A stretch of 64,000 nt of DNA, from assembly GCA_040221175.1 (NCBI GenBank), contig JAVJVK010000004.1, positions 416,268 to 480,267 on the forward strand, in the 5' to 3' direction. Shown piece after piece: positions 18,436 through 25,750 of this stretch. How positions within the stretch are numbered: the stretch's first letter is position 1; each line of letters opens with the position of its first letter. The notes beneath the pieces are model-generated. The model made no database searches. It was not told the origin of the DNA and saw nothing but the letters and a program-made list of their open reading frames with translations. The position numbers and the translations under genes were made by a program. Origin of the DNA: Phycisphaerales bacterium (lineage in GTDB: Bacteria; Planctomycetota; Phycisphaerae; Phycisphaerales; UBA1924).

Positions 18436-19857
18436 ATGCGACGAGCCGCAATCTACGTGTCCGCCCTCGTGGCGATGGCGATGGCGACGGCCGGATCTTC
18501 GGCGACACTCGCCGACCCCTGCGACAGCGTTCGCATTCCGCCGCCCGACGTCGTCCCACCGATCGACTTCGGCGGCCGGCTCATCATCGACGGCGACTTC
18601 TGGTTCATCGGCGACGTCAACGCCCGCGTGCTCTGCCCGGGGTACTTCGGCTGCACGAGCGGGGCGATGCACGTCTACGAGATGGTCGACGGGTCGCTCG
18701 AGCATCGCCAGATGATCATCCCGCCCACCCCGAGGGCGGGCGACTTCTTCAGCGGCGCGGCGGACCTGCACGAAGGCCGGCTCATCATCGGATCCCTGAC
18801 CGAGGAATGGCCCGGGCTCACGGCCAAGGGCGGCGCCTTCGTGTACGAGTACGACGGGCGCAACTGGGTCCAGACGAGCGACATCCGGCCGCCCGATGGC
18901 ATCGATCCCACGCTGTCGAGCCGCCTCGGGAGCTTCGTCGCCATCGAGGGCAACGCGGCCTACCTGCGACCGCTGAGCAAGCGGACCGTCTTCGCCTATC
19001 AGTTCGACGAGGGCGAGTGGATGTTCGATGGGCTCATCGAGAGTCCAGACGGGTTGCCGGCCAACGCGTTCTTCGGCCAGATCGTGGTTCCGCACGGGCC
19101 GTGGCTGTTCATCAACGCGCCCCAGGATTCGACGGCGTTCGATCGCGGTGGCTCCGTGTACGTGTTCCGCCGCGATGCGGGCGGGTCGATCGAGTTCCAC
19201 CAGAAGCTGATGCCGTTCGATGCGCCCGGCGGCGTTTCGAAGAACCAGTTCTTCGGCATCGACGTCGCCTTCGACGGCGAAACGCTCGCGATTGGAGCCC
19301 CCGGGGCAATGCGGGGCGGGCTGGAAGTCGGAGCAGTACTCACGTACGAGCTCGCAGGCGATGAATGGACGTTCGTGCAGGAGTTGCTCCCGCCGACGTC
19401 GGACGGCGGAGTAAACATGGGCCTGCCCGTCGTCGTGGATGCAGACACGCTGCTGTCGGGTTCGCAGCGCACGCCGACCACGTCCGCGGCCGTCCACTAC
19501 TTCCACCGCAATGCGCGCGGGGAGTGGGCGCCTGTCGCCAAATTGATCCCCGATGCGCCGGACATCAGGACCACCGCCCGCAACTCGCTCGCGACGCGGG
19601 GTCGCTGGGCGCTCGTCGGCGCTCCCGATGACCTCGATCCCTCTGGCGAGACCACTGGAGCGGCGTACCTCTTCGACCTTTCGTGCTTTGACTGCCCCCC
19701 CGATCTCGACCTCGACGGCGCCCTCACCATCTTCGACTTCCTGACCTACCTCAACCTTTTCCAGGACGGCGACGCGCAAGCCGATTTCGATGGCGACGGC
19801 GAATTGACGATCTTCGACTTCCTGGCGTTCCAGGACGCGCTCCAGGCGGGGTGTTGA
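18436..19857 (+). CDS. Secreted FG-GAP-like beta-propeller protein with a C-terminal GC-type dockerin-like module
   Basis: In-frame ATG 18436, preceded by GGAAAGGGAG. Signal peptide 'MRRAAIYVSALVAMAMATAGSSATLA'. Repeated FG-GAP-like units ('FFGQIVVPHGPWLFINAPQD', 'QFFGIDVAFDGETLAIGAPG'). C-terminus 'CPPDLDLDGALTIFDFL...DFDGDGELTIFDFLAFQDALQAGC'. The 202 codons of the track ORF upstream of this start cross the divergent promoter region. Confidence 0.7.
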   Translation: MRRAAIYVSALVAMAMATAGSSATLADPCDSVRIPPPDVVPPIDFGGRLIIDGDFWFIGDVNARVLCPGYFGCTSGAMHVYEMVDGSLEHRQMIIPPTPRAGDFFSGAADLHEGRLIIGSLTEEWPGLTAKGGAFVYEYDGRNWVQTSDIRPPDGIDPTLSSRLGSFVAIEGNAAYLRPLSKRTVFAYQFDEGEWMFDGLIESPDGLPANAFFGQIVVPHGPWLFINAPQDSTAFDRGGSVYVFRRDAGGSIEFHQKLMPFDAPGGVSKNQFFGIDVAFDGETLAIGAPGAMRGGLEVGAVLTYELAGDEWTFVQELLPPTSDGGVNMGLPVVVDADTLLSGSQRTPTTSAAVHYFHRNARGEWAPVAKLIPDAPDIRTTARNSLATRGRWALVGAPDDLDPSGETTGAAYLFDLSCFDCPPDLDLDGALTIFDFLTYLNLFQDGDAQADFDGDGELTIFDFLAFQDALQAGC

Positions 19858-19882
19858 GGAAGAAAGCGACGGAGCAACCGCG

Positions 19883-19912
19883 GGGGACCGGGTTCCGGCG
19901 CCCCTCTTTTCT
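19883..19912 (+). terminator. Possible intrinsic terminator (imperfect stem followed by a T-rich tract)
   Basis: GGGGaCCGG-gtt-CCGGcgCCCC at 19883-19904, followed by TCTTTTCTT. It lies between two convergent genes. Confidence 0.35.
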
Positions 19913-19940
19913 TCCCTTCGTCGCTTCGTGCCTCCGTCGC

Positions 19941-20381
19941 CTACGTCCCCCCCTCCACCTCCGCCCGCGTCTGCAGCACCTTGTTGCGCTGGGCCTCGGT
20001 GGGCAGGCCGCAGGCCTCGACGCGGCCGAAGAGGCGGTAGCGGTGGCGGGCGATGAAGCGATACGCGGCGTCCCTCCACGAGCGGGGAACGATCTTGAGG
20101 ACCACCGCCAGCGACCAGGGCAGGCCCAGCACGCGGGCGATGCCGATGGCCGCGTCGCTCTCGACCATGGCCCGCCCCCCGTTGGCGTCGGGTTGCACGA
20201 GCACGACCGAGTCGATCGCGTCGGGCACGTCGTGCTTCTGGAAGAGGAACCTCGCCGCCTCGCTGTCCAGCGGGGCGTAGCGGAGGCGATCGGCCCGGTC
20301 CAGGCGGTTGAGCAGGCGGACGGTGCGGTCGCAGAAGGCGCACGTGCCGTCGAAGAGGATGATCGGGTGGGCTTCGGGCAT
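19941..20381 (-). CDS. Thiol-disulfide oxidoreductase, DCC family (DUF393)
   Basis: 146 aa. 'ILFDGTCAFCDRTVRLLNRLDRADRLRYAPLDSEAA' carries the DxxCxxC motif characteristic of the DCC family. Confidence 0.8.
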   Translation of the reverse strand: MPEAHPIILFDGTCAFCDRTVRLLNRLDRADRLRYAPLDSEAARFLFQKHDVPDAIDSVVLVQPDANGGRAMVESDAAIGIARVLGLPWSLAVVLKIVPRSWRDAAYRFIARHRYRLFGRVEACGLPTEAQRNKVLQTRAEVEGGT

Positions 20382-20450
20382 GAACGCGCAGGGCCTGCGC
20401 TCCGTGGGCGACGCGGAGCGCAGGATCGATGGGCCGCACGCGCGACCAAG

Positions 20451-20523
20451 AGCCGCCTGTCGGACTCGAACCGACGACCTGCGGTTTACAAAACCGCTGC
20501 TCTACCAGCTGAGCTAAGGCGGC
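20451..20523 (-). tRNA. tRNA-Thr (anticodon UGU)
   Basis: The reverse complement folds as a cloverleaf: GCCGCCT-TA-GCTC-AGCTGGTA-GAGC-A-GCGGT-TTTGTAA-ACCGC-AGGTC-GTCGG-TTCGAGT-CCGAC-AGGCGGC-T. All four stems are Watson-Crick paired. The anticodon is TGT in a 7-nt loop. No CCA is encoded. Confidence 0.9.
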
Positions 20524-20567
20524 GCGGGCGTACGGGACGCCGGCGTGCCGGGTGGGGCGACCCGTTC

Positions 20568-20583
20568 TGGCACGCCAGTTGAG
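20568..20583 (+). promoter_or_regulatory. Candidate sigma-54 (-24/-12) promoter at the head of the flagellar cluster
   Basis: TGGCACGCCAGTTGAG compared with the consensus TGGCACG-N4-TTGCW. The GG and TTG elements are correctly spaced, but A replaces the -12 C. It lies in the tRNA/flagellar intergenic region, 47 nt before ATG 20630. An identical 16-mer occurs at 22503. Confidence 0.45.
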
Positions 20584-20629
20584 TGTATCCGCCCGCGGGA
20601 GGGCATCGACCCCGCCCGGGAGGCAGATC

Positions 20630-20842
20630 ATGCGCGACGACACCAACCAGGCCCCCCACCGCATGCCCCACCAGCCCCCGAGCCCCATGCCGGCCAGCCT
20701 CCACGAGAAGCTCCGCCGCGGCGAGATCGGCGGGCAGGCATTGGGGCTCATCCAGCTCGTGGCCGCCCAGCAGGCGGGGGCCGGGGCCGAGCGGACCGGC
20801 GGGGGCGAATTGAGTCGGGGCCGACTGGCGGAGCTGAACTGA
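20630..20842 (+). CDS. Small hypothetical protein (70 aa), first ORF of the flagellar gene string
   Basis: ATG 20630 is preceded by GGGAGG at 20618-20623. The stop TGA at 20840-20842 directly abuts the flgF ATG at 20843. Sequence 'MRDDTNQAPHRMPHQPPSPMPASLHEKLRRGEIGGQALGLIQLVAAQQAG...'. No family recognised. Confidence 0.45.
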   Translation: MRDDTNQAPHRMPHQPPSPMPASLHEKLRRGEIGGQALGLIQLVAAQQAGAGAERTGGGELSRGRLAELN

Positions 20843-21631
20843 ATGCAGCAAGGCATGCGCATCTCGGCGTCGGGGGCCATGGTGTCGCTGTACCGCACCG
20901 ACGTGGCGGCGGCCAACTTGGCCAACGTGAACACCACCGCCTACAAGCCCGACCGGGCGGGCGCCCAGAGCCGCGCCGTTGTGCGGACCGAGGACAACCT
21001 GCCCTTCATGCCAAGCGACCCGCTGCTCGAGCGGCTTGGCGCGGGCGTGCTGGCAGGCCCCAGGCGGGTGAGCTTCGAGCAGGGCCCGCTGCAACAGACC
21101 GGCAACGACCTGGACCTGGCCATCGAGGGTGATGGGTTCTTCCTGGTCTCGGTGGCCACGCCCCAGGGCGAGCAGGCACAACTGACCCGCGACGGGCGGT
21201 TCTCGCGCGATGACCTGGGGCGTCTGGTCCAGAGCGCCACCGGGCTGCCCGTGCTCTCGCCGGGCGGCGGGCCGATCGTGCTGCCCGATGGGCCGGTGAC
21301 CATCGACGGCCAGGGCTTCGTCTATGACCAGGCGGGCGCCGCGCTGGGGCAGGTGGGGGTGGTTCGGGTGCCCGATCCTGCGCAGCTGCACAAGCGCGGC
21401 CAGGGCCTGTATGAAGCGCCCGCGGCCGTGCTCGACGCGGCGATCGCCCAGCCGCTGCAGACCGGCGTGCTGGTGCACCAGGGGATGCTCGAGGGCTCGG
21501 CGGTCGATCCGGTCTCGGCCCTGATGGAAGTGACCGATGCCGGCAAGAGCGTGTCGAGCAACACGCGGATGATCGGCTACCACGATCAGCTGCTCGACCA
21601 GGCCATCAATACGTTCGCGCGAGTCGGCTGA
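20843..21631 (+). CDS. flgF: Flagellar basal-body rod protein FlgF
   Basis: N-terminal rod motif 'SASGAMVSLYRTDVAAANLANVNTTAYK'. C-terminal 'EGSAVDPVSALMEVTDAGKSVSSNTRMIGYHDQLLDQAIN'. It lies just upstream of flgG. Confidence 0.8.
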   Translation: MQQGMRISASGAMVSLYRTDVAAANLANVNTTAYKPDRAGAQSRAVVRTEDNLPFMPSDPLLERLGAGVLAGPRRVSFEQGPLQQTGNDLDLAIEGDGFFLVSVATPQGEQAQLTRDGRFSRDDLGRLVQSATGLPVLSPGGGPIVLPDGPVTIDGQGFVYDQAGAALGQVGVVRVPDPAQLHKRGQGLYEAPAAVLDAAIAQPLQTGVLVHQGMLEGSAVDPVSALMEVTDAGKSVSSNTRMIGYHDQLLDQAINTFARVG

Positions 21632-21670
21632 GGCCGCCATTCGCTGTTCTGCTAGAGGAGAGACGCGCCC

Positions 21671-22483
21671 ATGGCCGCCATCGCACTGCAATCCGCCGCC
21701 TCGGGGCTCCGGGCCCTGTCGACCCGCCTGGACGTGGTGGCCAACAACCTGGCCAACGTCAACACCGAGGGCTTCAAGGCCAGCCGGGCGAACTTTCAGG
21801 ACCTGTACTACGTCGAGCGTCAGCAGCCGGGCGTGGAAACGGCCACGGGCGACCAGCGGCCAACGGGCCTGTACGTGGGCCTGGGCGTCAAGGTGAGCGG
21901 CACGCAGGTGAACTTCGAGCAAGGCGCCCCGATCGAGACGGGCAACGACCTGGACATCTACATCGAGGGCGATGGCTTCTTCCAGGTGCAGGTCGAAGAC
22001 GCCATCGCGCCCGGCGGCATCGCCTATACACGCGCGGGCAACTTCACGCTCAACGCCGATGGGGAGATCGTGCTGGCCAACAGCGAGGGCCGCCGGCTGG
22101 TGCCCAACATCGCCATCCCCGATGGCGCGCTGCGTCCGATCGAGATCTCCGCCGATGGGCGGGTCTGGGTCCGCGAGGCCGGGCAGGACGGGCTGCAGGA
22201 AGTCGGCCAGATCGAGCTGGCCACCTTCATCAACAACAAGGGCCTCAAGCAGCTGGGCAACAACCTGTTCGCCGAGACCATCGCCAGCGGCCCGCCGCAA
22301 GAGGGCGTGCCGCTTGAAGACAGCCGCGGCGGGCTGCGCAACAACGCGCTGGAATCCAGCAACGTCGACCCCACCAAGGAGCTCATCGAGCTCATCCGAA
22401 CCCAGCGGGCCTTCGAGATGAACAGCCAGTCGATCCGAACGGCCGACGAGGCGCTGTCCACCATCGCCCAGCTGCGGCGATAG
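21671..22483 (+). CDS. flgG: Flagellar basal-body distal rod protein FlgG
   Basis: 'LQSAASGLRALSTRLDVVANNLANVNTEGFKASRANFQDL', 'DLDIYIEGDGFFQV' and the C-terminal 'LESSNVDPTKELIELIRTQRAFEMNSQSIRTADEAL'. Confidence 0.88.
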   Translation: MAAIALQSAASGLRALSTRLDVVANNLANVNTEGFKASRANFQDLYYVERQQPGVETATGDQRPTGLYVGLGVKVSGTQVNFEQGAPIETGNDLDIYIEGDGFFQVQVEDAIAPGGIAYTRAGNFTLNADGEIVLANSEGRRLVPNIAIPDGALRPIEISADGRVWVREAGQDGLQEVGQIELATFINNKGLKQLGNNLFAETIASGPPQEGVPLEDSRGGLRNNALESSNVDPTKELIELIRTQRAFEMNSQSIRTADEALSTIAQLRR

Positions 22484-22502
22484 CGCCGGGCCGGCGGCCG
22501 GT

Positions 22503-22518
22503 TGGCACGCCAGTTGAG
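22503..22518 (+). promoter_or_regulatory. Candidate sigma-54 (-24/-12) promoter in the flgG-flgA gap
   Basis: TGGCACGCCAGTTGAG, identical to the 16-mer at 20568. It lies 22 nt upstream of the flgA ATG at 22541. Confidence 0.45.
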
Positions 22519-22540
22519 GTTGCATGGCCGGAGATCCGCC

Positions 22541-23578
22541 ATGCGCAGCATTCGCACCATCCTTCTGGCCACCCTGGCCTGCCTGGCCGCCGCCGTACGC
22601 GTCGCCGGCCAAGATCCCTCGACCATCGAGCTGCGTTCGACGGTGCTCGTGGGCCTGGAAGAAGGCCTCACGCTGGCCGATATCGCCGAGCTGCGCGGCT
22701 CGCACGCCCAGGACCTGGGCCCAACCCCGATCGAACTGGACACCCTGAGCGCCGATGCGGCCGGATGGCGCAGGATCGACGCGCAAGCCCTGCGCTCGAT
22801 GCTGGAAGGCGCCGAGGCGAGTTGGGGCCTGCTCGAACTGCGGGGCGGCCCGTGCTACGTCCGATCGGTCGCGATGGCGAGCGATGGAGAAGGCGCGGGC
22901 GGCAACGATGAGCGCGTTGATCGCCCGGCAACCCCGGGCACGGTGCGAGACCTGGCCGAGCGGTGGATCGCCCAGCGATTCAAGGCGCCGCTGCATGACC
23001 TGGAGGTCCGCTGGACCTCGGCGACCGAGGGGCTGCTTGATCATGCCACGGCCGGCCTGACGCCCTACTTCGACGACGCGGGCCTCTCGGACCGCATGCG
23101 GCTGGAGATCGTGATGTACGACGAGCAGGCGAGCGCCGTCGTCCGCGGACGTGCCGAGGCCAGCGTGCGCATCCGCCGCAACGTGGCCGTGCTCGCCCGC
23201 GACGTCCGAAAGCGGCAGGTCCTGAACGCCAGCGACGTCCGGCTGGAGCAGCGATGGTTGGATGCGGGCAGCGCCCCGGCTGACGCCGACGAGGTCATCG
23301 GTCGCGAGGCGGCCGCCAACCTGAAGTCCGGCGCGGTCGTGAAGGCCTCGGACGTGCATGCGAGCGTCGCGATCGAGCGGGGCGAGCGTGTCCAGGTTCG
23401 CGTCATCACGCCCACGGTGACCGTGATGATGCTGGCGCGAGCGCGCGCCGACGGTCGGCCGGGCGAGATCATCGAGTTCGAGAAGATCGCCCCGACGCGT
23501 GCCGATCGCGTGCGATTCCAGGCGCGTGTGGAAGGCCCGGGCGCGGCGGTCATGGTGAGCGGAGGAACGCGGCAATGA
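22541..23578 (+). CDS. flgA: Flagellar basal-body P-ring formation protein FlgA
   Basis: Signal peptide 'MRSIRTILLATLACLAAAVRVAGQ'. The C-terminal SAF/FlgA-type domain reads 'VARDVRKRQVLNASDVRLE...VIGREAAANLKSGAVVKASDV...ERGERVQVRV...ARADGRPGEIIEF'. It sits between flgG and flgH. Confidence 0.75.
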   Translation: MRSIRTILLATLACLAAAVRVAGQDPSTIELRSTVLVGLEEGLTLADIAELRGSHAQDLGPTPIELDTLSADAAGWRRIDAQALRSMLEGAEASWGLLELRGGPCYVRSVAMASDGEGAGGNDERVDRPATPGTVRDLAERWIAQRFKAPLHDLEVRWTSATEGLLDHATAGLTPYFDDAGLSDRMRLEIVMYDEQASAVVRGRAEASVRIRRNVAVLARDVRKRQVLNASDVRLEQRWLDAGSAPADADEVIGREAAANLKSGAVVKASDVHASVAIERGERVQVRVITPTVTVMMLARARADGRPGEIIEFEKIAPTRADRVRFQARVEGPGAAVMVSGGTRQ

Positions 23579-24240
23579 CGCATCGGCTTTCGATCCTTGT
23601 TGCCCTGGTGGTGGCCTTGCCCGCCGGCGCCCAGCTCTCGCGCATGGCCGATCCGCCGGCCGTCGAGCGCGATCCGGCCGAGAACCTGTATGGCGTCTCG
23701 CTGTTTGCCGTGCGTCCGCCCGAGCCAAAGACTTTCAAGATCCACGATATCGTCACGATCATCGTCAATGAGTCTTCGACACAAACCAGCGAACAGACGC
23801 TCGAGACCACGAAGGAAACCGAGGGCAACGCGAGCATCGGCGCCACGCTGAGCATCGAGGACCTGCTCGACTTGCGTCTGCGGGAAAGCAGCATCAGCGA
23901 TCTGGAACTGCTCCGGTACGCCGCCGAACGGGAGTTCGAGGGCGAAGGCGAGTACGAGCGGACCGACCGCATCACGGATCGGCTGAGCGCAACCGTGATC
24001 GACGTCAAGCCCAACGGCGTGCTCGTGCTGGAGGCGCGACGATTCACCGCGTCGGACGACGAGACCAAGACGGTCATCCTCAGTGGCAACTGCCGGTCCG
24101 AGGACATCACCCAGCAGAACACCATCCAGAGCAACCAACTGGCGGATCTCCGGCTCGAGGTCAAGCACGAGGGCGATGTTTCTCGCGCGGCGAGCAAGGG
24201 GCCCCTGACCCGTTTTGTTGAGTGGATCCTGCCCTTCTAG
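23575..24240 (+). CDS. flgH: Flagellar L-ring protein FlgH
   Basis: Its ATG overlaps the flgA stop (ATGA). Signal peptide, then 'SLFAVRPPEPKTFKIHDIVTIIVNESSTQTSEQ' and 'LSATVIDVKPNGVLVLEARR...ILSGNCRSEDI...N.IQSNQLADLRLE', the FlgH pattern. Confidence 0.85.
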   Translation: MTHRLSILVALVVALPAGAQLSRMADPPAVERDPAENLYGVSLFAVRPPEPKTFKIHDIVTIIVNESSTQTSEQTLETTKETEGNASIGATLSIEDLLDLRLRESSISDLELLRYAAEREFEGEGEYERTDRITDRLSATVIDVKPNGVLVLEARRFTASDDETKTVILSGNCRSEDITQQNTIQSNQLADLRLEVKHEGDVSRAASKGPLTRFVEWILPF

Positions 24241-24270
24241 ATCGAGGCGGAGACGCGAAAGCGAGGCATC

Positions 24271-25392
24271 ATGCGCTCCACGACACCAATCATCCTGGCC
24301 CTCCTGCTCGCCGTCGCACCCGCGATCGCGCAGGTCGGAACGCCCCAGGCGCTGCCGCGACGCGCCGAACTCGACGTCCGCGAATTGGTCGAGTTCGCCG
24401 ACGCCACCAGTACGGAACTGTTCGGGCTTGGGCTGGTCTCGGGCCTGAGCGGCACGGGCGACCCGCTGGAAGACAGCGCGACGCGCGAGGCGTTGATGGC
24501 CCTGATGCGCAGCCAGGGCATGGCCGTGGCGAACCCCCAGGAACTGGCCGACGCACGCTCGGTCGCCATGGTGTGGGTTCGTGCTCGGATTCCGAACACC
24601 GGCGGGCGTGTCGGCGACACGTTCACCGCGACGATCACGGCCTTCAATGGCGCCACGAGCCTTGAGGGCGGCGAGCTGATGATCGCGCCCCTGCGGCACG
24701 CCACCCCCGGCGGCGAGCTTGCCGGGTTTGCGCGCGGTACGCTGATCGTCGATGACGAGACGGCCTTGCAACGGGCCCGCATCCGCCAGGGCGTCGAGCT
24801 GGTCACCAACATCACGCCGGTACAGATCGGCTCGGAGTTTGAACTGAAAGTCAAGATCCAGTATGCCGGCTACTCGGCTACCTCGCTCGTCGCCTCGACG
24901 ATCAACGATGCGTACTACAACTCCGATGCGCTGGACCTTCCGCCGGTGGCCAAGCCGATCGACGACCGGATCGTTCGAATCACGGTGCCCGAGGCCGATC
25001 GCGGGGCCCTGCCGCAATTCCTTGACTTCATCATGACACGCCGCGTGCGCGATCCCGACCTGCTCAAGCTCCCGGCACGGGTCATCGTCAACCGGGAAGC
25101 GGGCGCGATCGTGGCGACGGCCAATGTTGACATCAGCCCCGTCGGCGTCGCGCACCACGCTCTGCAACTGACCGTGACCCAGCCGGCGCCCGTCGCAACG
25201 GCGCAGGCGCCCATCACGAGCGAGGAACGCTGGACGGGCCTGTCATCGACGCCCGAAGGCACGCAGACGGCCAAGCTGAGCGATCTGCTCGCGGCCTTCC
25301 GCGCCCTTGAGATGCCCGTGGCCGAGCAGATCGAGATCCTCGAGATGATGGATCGCAGCGGCGCTCTGCATGCCGAGTTCATTGAGGAGTGA
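24271..25392 (+). CDS. flgI: Flagellar P-ring protein FlgI
   Basis: Signal peptide, then 'LFGLGLVSGLSGTGD', 'ARVIVNREAGAIVATANVDISPVGVAH' and 'LSDLLAAFRALEMPVAEQIEILEMMDRSGALHAEF'. Confidence 0.9.
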   Translation: MRSTTPIILALLLAVAPAIAQVGTPQALPRRAELDVRELVEFADATSTELFGLGLVSGLSGTGDPLEDSATREALMALMRSQGMAVANPQELADARSVAMVWVRARIPNTGGRVGDTFTATITAFNGATSLEGGELMIAPLRHATPGGELAGFARGTLIVDDETALQRARIRQGVELVTNITPVQIGSEFELKVKIQYAGYSATSLVASTINDAYYNSDALDLPPVAKPIDDRIVRITVPEADRGALPQFLDFIMTRRVRDPDLLKLPARVIVNREAGAIVATANVDISPVGVAHHALQLTVTQPAPVATAQAPITSEERWTGLSSTPEGTQTAKLSDLLAAFRALEMPVAEQIEILEMMDRSGALHAEFIEE

Positions 25393-25396
25393 CACC

Positions 25397-25750
25397 ATGC
25401 GCGTGAGCCCCCCCATTACTCCCGCCCCGGTCATGCAGGAGCGCCAGCGCGACTTCTCGGCGGTCATCGCTCGCGATGATGCGAATCCCAAGGCTGCCGG
25501 ATCGGCCCGACGCGCCGCCGAGGACTTCGTCGCCATGGCATTCGTGGAGCCCATGCTGGCCCAGATGCGCGAGAGCAACAACGCGGCGCCGCCGTTTGCG
25601 CCCGGTCCGGGCGAGAAGCACTTCGGCGAGATCATGGATCGCGTGATGAGCCGGCAGATCGTCCGGGCTTCCCGGTTCCCGCTCGTCGACCGCCTCGAGT
25701 CGGACCTGACGGCTCGGCAGGCACAACAGGCCGGGGGAATCCTGGCATGA
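25397..25750 (+). CDS. flgJ: Rod-binding protein (FlgJ N-terminal-domain-like, no muramidase domain)
   Basis: 117 aa from ATG 25397. 'AARRAAEDFVAMAFVEPMLAQMRES' matches the rod-binding-domain pattern (AA..FEA.F...ML..MR). No glycoside-hydrolase region follows. Confidence 0.6.
   Translation: MRVSPPITPAPVMQERQRDFSAVIARDDANPKAAGSARRAAEDFVAMAFVEPMLAQMRESNNAAPPFAPGPGEKHFGEIMDRVMSRQIVRASRFPLVDRLESDLTARQAQQAGGILA

Noticed and set aside
18211-20937. 908-aa minus-strand ORF
   Set aside because: It covers the dockerin-protein gene in antisense, the DCC gene in another frame and the tRNA. No motifs. It is an artefact.
20486-23728. 1080-aa minus-strand ORF spanning flgF-flgA
   Set aside because: It is antisense to four well-supported flagellar genes and runs into the tRNA-Thr gene. 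The composition is low in complexity. It is an artefact.
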